Assembly: GCF_009914755.1 (NCBI RefSeq)
Contig: NC_060930.1
Direction: 5' to 3' (one strand)
Origin: the human T2T-CHM13v2.0 reference genome, Homo sapiens
DNA: 64,000 bases
A model generated the notes under the pieces. The model was not told the origin of the DNA and did not search any database. It was given only the letters and a program-made list of their open reading frames with translations. The translations under genes were made by a program, and so were the position numbers. Positions within the stretch are counted from its first letter, which is position 1. Each line of letters starts with the position of its first letter. This document shows, piece after piece, positions 1 to 15,079 of the stretch.

Positions 1-2314
<2,314 letters not shown>

Positions 2315-2377
2315 TATGATGTTAGCTGGTTATTTTGCTCATTAGTTGATGCAGTTTCTTCCTAGCATCGATGGTCT

Positions 2378-3402
2378 TTACAATTTGGCATGTTTTTGCA
2401 GTGGCTGGTACCGGTTGTTCCTTTCCATGTTTAGTGCTTCCTTTAGGAGCTCTTGTAAGGCAGGCCTGGTGGTGACAAAATCTCTCAGCATTTGTTTGTC
2501 TGTAAAGGATTTTATTTCTCCATCACTTATGAAGCTTAGTTTGGCTGGATATGAAATTCTGAGTTGAAAATTCTTTTCTTTAAGAATGTTGAATATTGGC
2601 CCTCACTCTCTTCTGGCTTGTAGGGTTTGTGCCAAGAGATCCACTGTTAGTCTGATGGGCTTCCCTTTTTGGGTAGCCCGACCTTTCACTCTGGCTGCCC
2701 TGAACATTTTTTCCTTCATTTCAACTTTGGTGAATCTGACAATTATGTGTCTTGGAGTTGCTCTTCTCAAGGAGTATTTTTGTGGTGTTCTCTGTATTTC
2801 CTGAATTTGAATGTTGGCCTGCCTTCCTAGGTTGGGGAAGTTCTCCTGGATAATATCCTGAAGAGTGTTTTCCAACTTGTTTCCATTCTCCCCGTCACTT
2901 TCAGGTACACCAATCAGATGTAGATTTGGTCTTTTCACATAGTCCCATATTTCTTGGAGACTTTGTTCATTTCTTTTTACTCTTTTTTCTCTAAACTTCT
3001 CTTCTTGCTTCATTTCACTCATTTGCTCTTCAATCACTGATACCCTTTCTTCCACTTGATCAAATCAGCTATGGAAACTTGTGCATGCGTCACGTAGTTC
3101 TCATGCCATGGTTTTCAGTGCCATCAGGTCATTTAAGGACTTCTCTACAGTGTTTATTGTATTTAGCCATTCATCTAATCTTTTTTCAAGGTTTTTAGCT
3201 TCTTTGCTATAGGTTTGAACATCCTCCTTTAGCTCGGAGAAGTTTGTTATACTGATCGTCAGAAGCCTTCTTCTCTCAACTCATCAAAGTCATTGTCCGT
3301 GCAGCTTTGTTCCGTTGCTGGCAAGGAGCTGTGTTCCTTTGGAGGAGAAGAGGTGCTCTGATTTTTAGAATTTTCAGCTTTTCTTCTCTGGTTTCTCCCC
3401 AT
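2378..3402 (-). pseudogene. L1 ORF1p remnant (disrupted)
   Basis: Fragment EKRVKRNEQSLQEIWDYVKRPNL...; ends HAKL* at 2378. Confidence 0.92.
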
Positions 3403-3826
3403 CTTTGTGCTTTTATCTACCTTTGGTCTTTGATGATGGTGACGTACAGATGGGGTTTTGGTGTGGATGTCCTTTCTGTTTGTTAGTTTTCCTTCTAACA
3501 GTCAGGACCCTCAGCTGCAGGTCTGTTGGAGTTTGCTGGAGGTCCACTCCAGACCCTGTTTGCTTGGGTATCACCAGCGGAGGCTGCAGAACAGCAAATA
3601 TTTTAGAACGGCAGATGTTGCTGCCTGATCCTTCCTCTGGAAGCCTCATCTCAGAGTGGCACCCAGCTGTATGAGGTGTCAGTCGGCCCCTACTGGGAGG
3701 TGTCTCCCTGTTAGGCTACTCAGGGGTCAGGGGCCCACTTGAGGAGGCAGTCTGTCCGTTCTCAGATCTCAAACTCCATGCTGGGAGAACTACAACTCTT
3801 TTCAAAGCTGTCAGACAGGGATGTTT

Positions 3827-3985
3827 CATTATCTGCATTTTCTAGTAAGGAAACCTAGGATCAGACAGGCTGTGAAACTAGTAGTGAGTTTTATGTCCTT
3901 ACTCTGGACTAGACAGCTGATATTCAGGGGAGCCATGATTTGAACCCAGCATTGGTAGATTCAAAAGTCTATGCTCTTTTCATTG
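3827..3985 (-). mobile_element. MIR fragment (L1 insertion target)
   Basis: cattttctagtaaggaaacctaggatcagacagg...gatttgaacccagc resembles the reverse-complement MIR core. Confidence 0.65.
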
Positions 3986-4089
3986 CAGAATCATCTTTTA
4001 ATTTTTGGTAATGTGGTTTTACTCCAGGTGTGTCTAGTTTCAAATAACTGAAATAAATTTGAACTACTTTTTTAAAAAAGGAAAAGTTG

Positions 4090-4860
4090 TTTTAAAGACA
4101 AGGAGTCTCTTGAGGAACCTAAAGATAGGACTCCAGCTGGCTTCTAGGAGGAACTGGAACTGAGAGCTGTTTAGCTAGAGTTCTGTTCCTCTGACTCTTC
4201 CCTCCTGTCTTGCACATCTGCTTTATGTTCTGTCTGTAGTTTTCTCTGCTGCTTGTGTAGATGACAGAATATGGGTGCTGCACAGCTTTGACCAGGCACA
4301 GAGATGAGCTGTCCCTAAATCCAAATTCCTAGTAGGGAAAATCTGATTGACTCTGCTTCATTTGTATTTTTATCTATTTTTAAGACAGGGCCTTGCTTTG
4401 TCACCCAGGCTGGAGTGCAGTGGCACCATCATGGCTCACTACAGTGTTGACCTCCTGGGTTCAAGTGACCCTCCTGTCTCAGCCTCCTAAGTATTATAGC
4501 TGGGACTACAGGCACATGCCACCAGCTAATTTAACCCAGCTAATTCTTTTCTTTTCTCTTTTCTTTTTCCTTTTTTTCCTCCCTTCCTTCCTTCCTTCCT
4601 GCCTCCCTTCCCTTCATTCTTTCTTTCATTCTTTCCTTTTTTTTTTTTTTCAAGGTCTTGCTCTGTTGCCCAGGCTGGTCTCTAACTCCTGGCCTCAAGC
4701 AATCATCCTGTCTTAGCCTCCTAAAGTGTTGGGGTTACAGGCATGAGCCACTGCACCTGGCTGGCTCTCCTTTCAACAGACATCCATCGTGAGTCCAATC
4801 AGCTTTTAGCCAAGAAGGCAGAATTACATAAACCAGACATGGCTGCCACTCATGGCACCA
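4090..4860. mobile_element. Old ERVL LTR (LTR33-like), interrupted by an Alu
   Basis: ggaactggaactgagagc, aaattcctagtagggaaaatctgattg and gtccaatcagct...aaccagacatggctgcc resemble LTR33. Confidence 0.5.
4366..4762 (-). mobile_element. AluJ with expanded CT-rich linker
   Basis: Two Alu arms separated by ~110 bp of (CTTT/CCTT)n at 4545-4650. Confidence 0.9.
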
Positions 4861-6114
4861 GTTTTGACTGGTAGGAATGTGTGACTCTAGTCTTTTCTCA
4901 CTCATCTGGTATGGCTGCAGCCTATTCTGTGTACTCTGTTACATGGAGAAGTCTAATAGTTTCCTTTCCTGTTTGACCCATGATTATAGCTCTTTGAAGA
5001 GCAAATAAGACTAGGACAGGCGTGGCCAATATGCTGACATGTCAGTGATTTTCTTCTTTTGAAACACATCCTCATTGTTTCCACAATCTCATTCCTTATA
5101 GCCTGATTTTCCCCCACCCCACCCCACCTGTCTCATATAGGAATACAGTTAGAGTATCTGCTCAAAAGAAATCACCCACTTTCTTTGGAGCTCAACTTTT
5201 CACTTGGGCTACAGCTCCAACTGACTCCCTTTGCCAATATAAACCCCTCCCCAAACTTGTTGTGCTTATTCTCTATGATAATGTTGAGAGTCCTTTTCCC
5301 AGTTGTCACTACTTATCCAGAAGTTGGTCCACTTTTTCTCATTGGGCACACTGAGAAGAATAAATTCACGAGGGCTCTTAGGAACAAATGGTGGTCACCA
5401 ACTCTTTTCTCAATTGAAGTAGCTCCAATGGAAGGGGGTCAAATCTCAACACCCAGTTACATACATGTATACTTTCTGTTTTCTTCTACAGCTGTAAAGA
5501 AAAGGAAACTCAAGAGGAAAAAATTATTGTTACATTTTTTGTAGGTGGTCCCAAACTTACGAATGTTTAGGGTTCCTAAATGTTTAGCGTTCTAGTTGTT
5601 TAGAACTTGGAACTTATTTTATTTTGGATACAATACTGTACTTGCTGCTTTAGGTTTCTAGCCAAACTGCAAATAATAATTTGGCCTACAATATAGCTGA
5701 TTTGACCTTGAATTATGACCTCGAAATTTACCTTACCCTTAAAATTAGAGTCTGAACTCTTCTGGTCAATAGCCTGAATTCATTAGCTTTCTAGATACTC
5801 ATTCCCCTAAGCTTCTCTAAAGTTTGGTACTCCCTGGAACCTCTGTTTTCCTCTTACTGTAGAGGAGGTAGGGGGACAACATAGAGGTATGTAAGTGGAT
5901 GATGGATGTGGGCTCCAGGTATTGAAAGATGTAGTGGCAGTAGATGGTACAAAAAGAAGGATAGGACTGAGTAGAAAGTAGTGAGTTTTATGACCTTAGT
6001 GATGCTCAAAAAAAGAGGAGGCTGGTGAAGAGGAATAGGGTGGAAAGAATGGCTGGCTGCAATTGTTGATAAATAGATATTGCATGTAGTCAATGTCTAC
6101 ATTTAAAATATTAA

Positions 6115-6483
<369 letters not shown>

Positions 6484-7158
6484 TATCTTTCTTCTCCATT
6501 AACCTGCAGTAAATAGAGAATAAATTTTACAGCATTCATCATTTGTTTAGCTGGGTCCCTGAACTTGCCTCCCTGGGATAAGGCACCATGACTGCACAGA
6601 TCCAGCCAGATAATAGAAGGTGTGCACTGGCTTCTCACTGCATGGCTATGTAGTGTAATCACAGCGTGCCTTTGTGGGGCTCCTGTTTATGTGGCTTTAG
6701 TAGATGATTTCATCCTCTTTTCTGACTTGGAACCAGACAACTTTACATTCTCAGCAAACAGATGGACAACAGGGTTGAAATAAGATCTTGTACTGAAATA
6801 GTCCTTGAGTCATACTCCTTGACTGTTCTCTCATACGGGAAACTTGCCTCTTCCTTCTTGCAGAAGGCCAAGGCTGAGAATTCAGTGTACTCAGAGTTGC
6901 TGGACTCTTTTCTCAATATATATTATGTTGGATATTTTTCTTCTTGGTCAAGATTGAGAGTCTGCCAGTATAAGAATATTATCTAATTTGTTTTGGCAGA
7001 ACACCTGGCCTTTTGCCCCAAGCAGATGTTTAAAAATAGAACTAAAAGTTTTGCATTAACTTGTTTTTGTCCTCTTTCCAAAAAAGATCCTGACATGAGA
7101 AAAAAGGGGAGCTTGATTTTACCTATGGTTTTATTTGGGAAGCAAGGGTGCTCTAGTT

Positions 7159-7371
7159 CAGGGGTGTCCAATCTTTTGGCTTCCCTGGGCCACATTGGAA
7201 GAAGAAGAATTTTCTTGGGCCACACATAAAATACACTAACATTAATGACAGCCAATGAGCTAAAAAAAATTGCAAAAAAAATTGTATAATGTTTTAAGAA
7301 AGTTTACAAATTTGTGTTAGGCTGCATTCAAAACCATCTTGGGTCACAGGGCTGCAGGCTGTACAAGCTTG
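7159..7371 (+). mobile_element. MER30 (hAT-Charlie MITE)
   Basis: caggggtgtccaatcttttggcttccctgggccacattgg...acaagcttg; 8-bp TSD ctctagtt (7151-7158) / ctctagct (7372-7379). Confidence 0.88.
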
Positions 7372-7404
7372 CTCTAGCTGAAACTCACCTGACTTGGTCA
7401 TTGG

Positions 7405-7575
7405 CTTCTAGTGTACATTGTGCCAGTAACTGTGTGACCTTGGGAAAGTCAGTTCGTCTTTCAATGCTGTTTCCCCATCTGTAAAATGGGAGTGATAAAA
7501 CCTCAACTGAAGGGTTGTTGTAAGTATTAAATGAAATGACATTTGTGAAAGTATTCAGATGAGATAATAGTGCTG
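7405..7575 (+). mobile_element. MIR
   Basis: tgtgtgaccttgggaaagtc...tttccccatctgtaaaatggg...gttgttgtaagtattaaatga. Confidence 0.8.
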
Positions 7576-7592
7576 TATTAACATAGATTTTT

Positions 7593-9961
7593 TTAAAGGT
7601 ACAAAAAGAATTATATTAAATCAGTAACATACATTTATATGTATGAGGGAGGGATATTTAAAATTAAAATATTATATAATCACAAGAAAGACCTTGCTCT
7701 TCCCTTGGGCATCCAAGAAAATTAAAGCCTGTTTTATATCACCAAAATGAAAAAGACGCTTGATAGAAGTAACAGTGCTCAATGCTTGGAACCCAACTCA
7801 ATTCATACTCTTGTTAGATAAGTCCAAATTCTAAAGGCTACAAAAATCCTGTTAAATCAAGGGGAAAAAATTAATTTTAGGATAAAGTTATTCAAGATGA
7901 AAGAAAGGCATGTCTTCAGTGAGAGAACTGCCTGCTGTCGGATGATATCTTGCTAATGTATTTAAAGATTTTGGACTTTTCAATTTTCTTGATTTTCTGG
8001 TAGCCAAATCCACCACCACCCCCTTGCTTTTTCTGCTTGGCTTCATTGCAGTTGATGTTCAGATCAACAAAGGGAGTCACCTTGAAACCAAATGACAGAG
8101 CAACTTGAGGCAAATTTAAGTTATTAACATTAAAGATCTGTTTCAGAGAATGGTAATCATAGGCTTGTATGTACGGCTTATATGGTTTCTGGGCTGACTT
8201 ACGAAGAAAGTAGTTCTTTTCAATCAATTTCTCAAGCTGGGACTTAATGTCAGAAATTTTAGACCAGAAAAATTCTAATAAACTCAATGGAACCTTGGAT
8301 TGTTTCAAGTAGCGAAGAAAACCCAATTATTCTGGGCACAAAATGAGCAGGGCATGCCCTCTCCCATTTAGGCCTCTGGCTGTTCTGCCCACACAATGAA
8401 TATATTCCTTAGGGTCATCCGGAGGGTCATACTGAACAATCCAGTCAACTTCAGGAATGTCCAGTCCTCTTGTTGCCACATCCGTACACAATAGTGTTCC
8501 TGAATCTGGGTTGCAGAACTGGAAGAATGTGGTTGTACACTTATTTTGCTTTTGCTTTCCATGAATGGCCACGTAGGGCAAATCAATGTAGTTCAGCAAC
8601 TCATAGGGGTATTTCACGGACATACAAGATGAAAAGAAGGCCATAAGCTTCTTCTTTTGTTTCTTCTTAAGGAATGTAAAGAGCAGAAGGAATCTCTTTT
8701 TGGAAGGACAAACAACATATCCCTGCTCAAGACCATTCACTGTTGCATTAGCTTTATCATCATCAACACCAAAATACAATGGCTCCTTTTTCAGAGAAAT
8801 CCTTGCCAGGCCTTCAACTTTTTGAGTTTGGGTGGCAGAAAAGAGCATAGTCTGTCTACATGTTGGCAAAAGTTTAATAACTTGCTTTAATTCCTCTTCA
8901 AACCCAACATCCAAGATATGATCAGCTTCATCAATAACCAGACACTGCAGGTTTTTATACATAAACCCTGGGGTATTCTGCATATGGTCCAGCAGACAGC
9001 CTGGTGTGGCCACAATGATGTTGATCCCATTAGCAAGTTTCTGTGCTTCAGCAGATCTGTTACTGCCACCCATTATCAACCCATAGGTATGTACCTGGCA
9101 AGTCTTTAGCTCCGTAAGAACACCAAAAGTTTGCATGGCTAGTTCTCAAGTAGGAGAGAATGACTCCCGTTCCATTCCTGGGCATGAACTTTAACTTAAC
9201 AATGAGTTCAACTGCAGGGATGAGAAAAGCCAGGGTTTTACCACTGCCTGTTTTTGCAGCTGCCAGAAGTCCCTGCCTTCCAGAAGTGGTCTGATACTTT
9301 TGTGCTGAATTTCAGTCATGTTTGTAAAACCCATTTCTTTTATTGCCTTCAGAGTGTTTTCATTGACAAGATTATGTAGAGAAACAAATGAAGTATCCTC
9401 AAAAGCTCCTGTCAGTCCCAGGGGCAGGCTGGGCACCTCACTATCATCTTCATCATTATCTGGCTTCTCCACATTATTTTCTGTTTCTTTAGGAGTCTCT
9501 GCACTTTCTTCTTCAGATTCCCCTTTGTTTTCAGTTTTTGCTTTTTTTGTATCAGGCACAACATCGTTCAGCATTTTTCTCTTTTTCTTCTTCTTTTTCT
9601 TTTTTGATTCTGAATTGGGAGACTGCATTGCTGCTTCTCCATTGATTAATATGGTGGATTTCTGGGGAGATTTTTTAACTTTTATATTTTCCACTGCTTC
9701 TTGAGACATGTCTCCATTTGGAGCTCCTGATAAGCCCATGTTCATAGAATGTTTTGATTTTTTAACCTTTCCACCTCCCATTGTTTCTTCAGACACATTT
9801 CCATTTTGAGTTTCTGATAGGGTCAGATTTGAGGCCCCCTGCAACTTTAGGTTCTGCTGCCGCAATTTGAGGTTCCGCTTTTGTATCTTCTTGCACAGGA
9901 GTTTCATCCGCAGGTGAGACATGCTGTCCAAGAAGTGCCTAGACCACGGCGCCACACAGTC
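7593..9961 (-). pseudogene. DDX18P3: Processed pseudogene of DEAD-box helicase DDX18 (probably DDX18P3); CDS remnant 7916-9922
   Basis: Intronless; MSHLRMKLL..., DEAD, SAT and [11 protein letters not shown] motifs, C-terminus SSDSRQFSH*. Frameshift ~9270, further indels 9150-9180, nonsense at 8327-8329. 13-bp TSD aacatagattttt at 7580-7592 and 9962-9974. The paralogue number is from memory of the locus. Confidence 0.93.
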
Positions 9962-9973
9962 AACATAGATTTT

Positions 9974-10328
9974 TGATATGGTTTGGCTGTATCCCCCACC
10001 CAAATCTCACCTTGAATTGTAATAATCCCATGTGTCAAGGGCAGGGCAAGGTAGAGATAATTGAATCATGGGGTGGTTTCCCCCATAGTGTTCTCATGGT
10101 AGTGAATAAGTCTCACAAGACCTGATGATTTTATAAATGGGAGTTCCCCTGCCCAAGCTCTCTTGTCTGCCACCATGTAAGATGTGCCTTTGCTTCTCCT
10201 TTGCCTTCTGCCATGATTGTGAGGCCTCCCCAGCTCTGCGGAACTGTGAGTCCATTAAACCTCTTTCCTTTATAAATTACCCACTCTTGGGTATGTCTTT
10301 ATTAGCAGCATGAGAATGAACTAATATA
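9974..10328 (+). mobile_element. THE1 (THE1C-like) ERVL-MaLR solo LTR
   Basis: tgatatggtttggctgtatccccacccaaatctc...gaactaatata; 5-bp TSD atttt/atgtt; TATA and GGGAGTTCCC at 10131-10148. Confidence 0.92.
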
Positions 10329-11487
10329 ATGTTGTTTAATTTTCAGAGATTAGAACTATCCTTCCTCTATAACAACATAGTTCATAATGAGCAAGGAGTA
10401 ATTAATCCACTTAAATATTTACTTATTCTAAACTAAGTATATTTGCTCACTGCCTTTTATTCAATCCTTGCTGGAGAGAGTTAATAATGTTGACCTGTGA
10501 TTTCATTTTTTTTTTTTGAGATCTGCTTGATTTATTCCGATTATTTAATACACAGTGACATAACTGTGATCCCAAAGAGTGCAGAGTTAAAGCCTTCAAC
10601 TGCAGCTGAGGAGAGGGCAGGAATGGTACACCTGCGGATGATGGTGAGTCAGGAATGATGGGCAGGGGGCCATGACCAGGATAGCCTCCTCCCCAGGGCC
10701 TGGGACAGGGGAGTGGCCTGAGGAACAGGACCCAAGGGTAGCCCAGTGCCAGGGAAGGGGTCAGAGACCTCCCCCTGGCCTAGGTCTGGAGCTCAGAACT
10801 GCCACATGGCTGAGGGGGCAGCAGCCTGGGAAGGACCAGAGGCAGGGCCAGGAGAGCACCATTTCCTGGGGGGCTGAGGGCAGGGAGGTGCCCTACAGGA
10901 GAAGCCAGGAGGGGCCACCTGCTCCTGGGGTGGGGGCCAGGCTGGAGCAGGCTGCAGCAAGAAAGACCTGAGGCAGGTGCAGGGCCTGAGAGCCTAGGGG
11001 GATGGTGTGGGGGTGCTCCCAGGGCAGCCTGGCCCAGGGAGCAGTCCTGACTCAGCAGAGGATACCCAGGGAGGGGCTGCAGACCCCTCAGGACCTCCCC
11101 TCCTCTCTCCCTGGAAAGGAGCTGGGGAACCTGTAGTGCAAATCTGTGGACCACTCAGTTATGGAGGGAGGCTGTGCCTGAAGGGGGGACACTGGGGTGC
11201 GCCCCGTCCACCATCTCGGCCTCCACCACTGTCCTCAGTACAGCCGCTTCTCGTGAGAGCACAGGCCATGGACACCACCCTCGATCTGGGCCAACACGGT
11301 CTGCTTCTCAAACTTGAGCCCTCCTGAGTACATCATGGACCAAAGGACAGACAGTCTGTGGCCCCGATATCCTGGCAGCCATGCTGGATGCCCGCTATGA
11401 GGTAGGGCATGAACTTCTAAATGGAACCTTTGTACTGGATGGAACACGAGACACCCTGCGTGATCTTCACCTTATCCCCCTCGCTGA

Positions 11488-12000
<513 letters not shown>

Positions 12001-12344
12001 TGATGGGCACACCAAAGCGTTGGGCATACTTGGCCACCTTGTACACAGCAGTGCCCTGGGGCCGACCGCAGGCCATCACTTCCTGGGTGATGCAGATGGA
12101 GCTGCAGCCCATCCCCACGCGCAGCCCGTCCACACCAGCATCAATCAGGTTCTTTCCCTGGGCTGCTGTCACTATGTTCCCCCCAATCACCTGGAGGTTG
12201 GGGTACTTCTGTTTGATGTAATGCACTATGGCGATCTGATACACTTGAGTTCCCTTGGGATGAGTCCAAGATTATGAAGTCGTCGCCCGCCTGGGTGAGC
12301 AGGTCCAGGCAGTATTTGCCATCCTCATGAGTGCCCACAGCTGC

Positions 12345-12398
12345 ATATATATGTATATGCTGCAACATATATATTGTCCAAGGTCCTGTAGAAGGACA
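12345..12398. other. 54-bp non-IMPDH1 insertion, largely copied from 13495-13531
   Basis: 12358-12394 is identical (37/37) to 13495-13531; it interrupts the QLLCG/AAVG codons. Confidence 0.93.
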
Positions 12399-14099
12399 CC
12401 CACAGCAGCTGCTCGTGGGAATCATTGGAGGCCAGCGGGTAGTCTCGGTTCTTCTTCAGGTCGGTGCAGGCGATAATGGCCACCAGCTCATCGAGATCGT
12501 TGACGATAGGCAGCTTCCCTTTCTTGCTACGCTGCAGGATCTCATTTGCCTCTTTCAACATCACGCCTGCTGGAGCCACCACCAGCTCGATCCTTGGCAT
12601 CATCACCTCACTGAGGAGGGTGTTGTGATCCTTCTCAGCAAGAAAGTTGATGTCCGCGGAGGTGATGATGCCCACCAGCTTGCTACCCATGATGTCCGTC
12701 TCAGTCATCGGAATGCCAGAGAAGCCATGCCGCATCTTGGCCTCCAGCACATAACCACAGTGTGCGAGGGGCTCAGCACCACCAGGTCTGTGATGAAGCC
12801 CCCCTGTTCAAACTTCTTGACCTTCTGCACCTCTTGGCCTGGAACTCTGGGGTGCAGTTGTGGTGAATGAAACCAATACCTCCCATCAGAGCCATCGCAA
12901 TGGCCATGTCGGCCTCTGTCACAGTGTCCATGGGGGAGGAGATCAGCGTCAGCGGCGTCTTCAGCGTGATCTTCCGGGTCAGGACTGAGGTCAGGTCCAC
13001 CTCATCAGCTATGAAGTCTATGAATCCTGGGAGAATCGGGACGTCGTTGTAGGTGAGGCCGTCAGCGCTGGTGAAGAGCTGCTGTGGGATGAGCCCGTCC
13101 TCAGGCACGTAGCCGGTGCAGCAGTTGCTCAGATAGTCCGCCATGCTGCGGGAGACCCCGCGACCCCACGTAAACACCCGCGCAGCCGCTGCTGCTGCTG
13201 CTGTTGTTACTGTTGCCGCCATTTTTTAAATATAAAATATAGTCTAATTCAGGGCATGCTGTGGATCACAATGCCTCATCCTGCTCACTTGGGGTTATTT
13301 ATTGCCGTCACACTTTCTGGTAAGAGACATAAACTGATGTAATATCAAAGGAACACCATAAGCCATTTGAACTGTTGAACTGATATAATCATGAACTGGG
13401 CAGGTGGCCATCCAAGTTTACAGCATTCTTTTGGGCATGATGGTATCTGATTTCTGCTTTCTTATCTCTCTCCATTTTGATAGCCTCAGGTGTGTGCTGC
13501 AACATATATATTGTCCAAGGTCCTGTAGAAGTATGTGTAAAAATTGCAGGTTGAAAAGATTGGAAAATACTTTTAAGGATTAACCCTATGTAGTAACATT
13601 GTTCACTCTCAAAAGTTTTGTCTCAGTACGTGGATTACTTCCATCAAAAGAGGATTTTGGATTGGTTATTTTCAGCATAACCACTGAGAATGAGAGCTTC
13701 AGCCTGTGTATGCATTAGGTCCTACAAAAGGAAGACAGATACTGGGCAAGGATCCCCTCATCCTGATAGAATGGTTTGGGAGCCTTGCACCAAAGTTTCT
13801 CTTATTTGTTTTGATTTGTTCTCACCTTTACATAGGGAGGTGAGGGTAAACTAGTTATGACTGAACTGCTTATCTTTATTCACAGTGCTTATCAGAGGAG
13901 TATAAAATACTTCTTTTATCTTTTGATACAATTAGAAATTTATGTGTTATTAACATATCATTAATGAGCTTCTTTGGGTTTAGAAGGCACCAGAAATTAA
14001 CAAACAATTAGGAATAAAATTAGGGTTTACTTTCCATGATTATCTTTTGCTTTTATTATAGCTTGAAAAAGTTTATAAATAAGTTGTTTTAAAGTTTTT

Positions 14100-14194
14100 T
14101 TAAAAATATTTTTTAAGACCTGGGGTCTCACTATGTTGCCCAAGCTGGTCTTGAACTCCTGGCCTAAAGCAATTCTCCTGCCTCAGCTTCCTGA
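14100..14194 (-). mobile_element. Truncated free Alu monomer (FLAM/FAM)
   Basis: ggggtctcactatgttgcccaagctgg; TSD gttttaaagttttt at 14086-14099 / 14195-14208. Confidence 0.8.
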
Positions 14195-15079
14195 GTTTTA
14201 AAGTTTTTATTTTTTTATTTTTATTTTTTAATTAAAAGCCTGGGATGGAGAAACTTGTTCTCTGCCATCAACAAAGCTTACCTCTTATCCACCTCTCTGA
14301 CTTTGCTCATGTAATTCCTTTTGCCCAGTAGGCCCTTCTTCCTCCTTCTCTCCATTGTCTTCCCACATTTCTACCCACTAAATCCTCCAGGTCTTACAGG
14401 GCTGGGCTCAAAATGCTGCGTGCCTTCCTGAAACTCGGTGCTACTCTGACCAGCTGACAGGCCTAATTGTCTTTTTTGACACCACTTGAAGTCTTATGTT
14501 TTATTTATCTTTGTATTCCCAGTACCTAATAAATAACCTGTAGATAATAGGAGCTTTAGAAGTGTTTGTTGAATAGAGCAATGAAAGTAAGAGCATTATA
14601 GAAGACAGGAAGCCTAGAACAGGGTGTCTAACTATATGGTGGGGAAAAGTGAGTAGGAGGGAGATTCCAGAAAAGATACACCTTGAATGACATGTTTTTC
14701 TGTGTGTGTGTGTGTGTGGGTGGGATGAAGAGCTATTGGTCAGGTGGAAAAGGTAGGGAAGAATGGCCTTGGTAAATGGAGAACCAAGGAATCTGTGAAT
14801 GTGAAATTTAGAGTACTTAGAAATATTTAGTATGGCTGAAACCAAAATGCAAAGTGAAGATGGAGGAAAAGAAGATGACTCTGAAATGACAGGCAGGTTG
14901 TATATTTGAACTTTGTGCCAATTAAAAAATCATTTAGGTTAGTAGTTAGAATTGCCTCTGTGATGCTCAGGTCAATAGTATAAATAAAAGTCAGGTGTGG
15001 GATTAGCTTTCATGAGCTCATTTGATTAGAAGAGCTTGAATATTTAATTCATTATGTAACAATTACCTCAGAGTAAATG

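Noticed and set aside
3403-3826. L1 antisense promoter/ORF0 driving transcripts toward RNF144B
   Set aside because: After discounting the ~129-bp older segment, truncation falls near L1HS position ~610, so the ASP core (~400-600) and ORF0 are absent.
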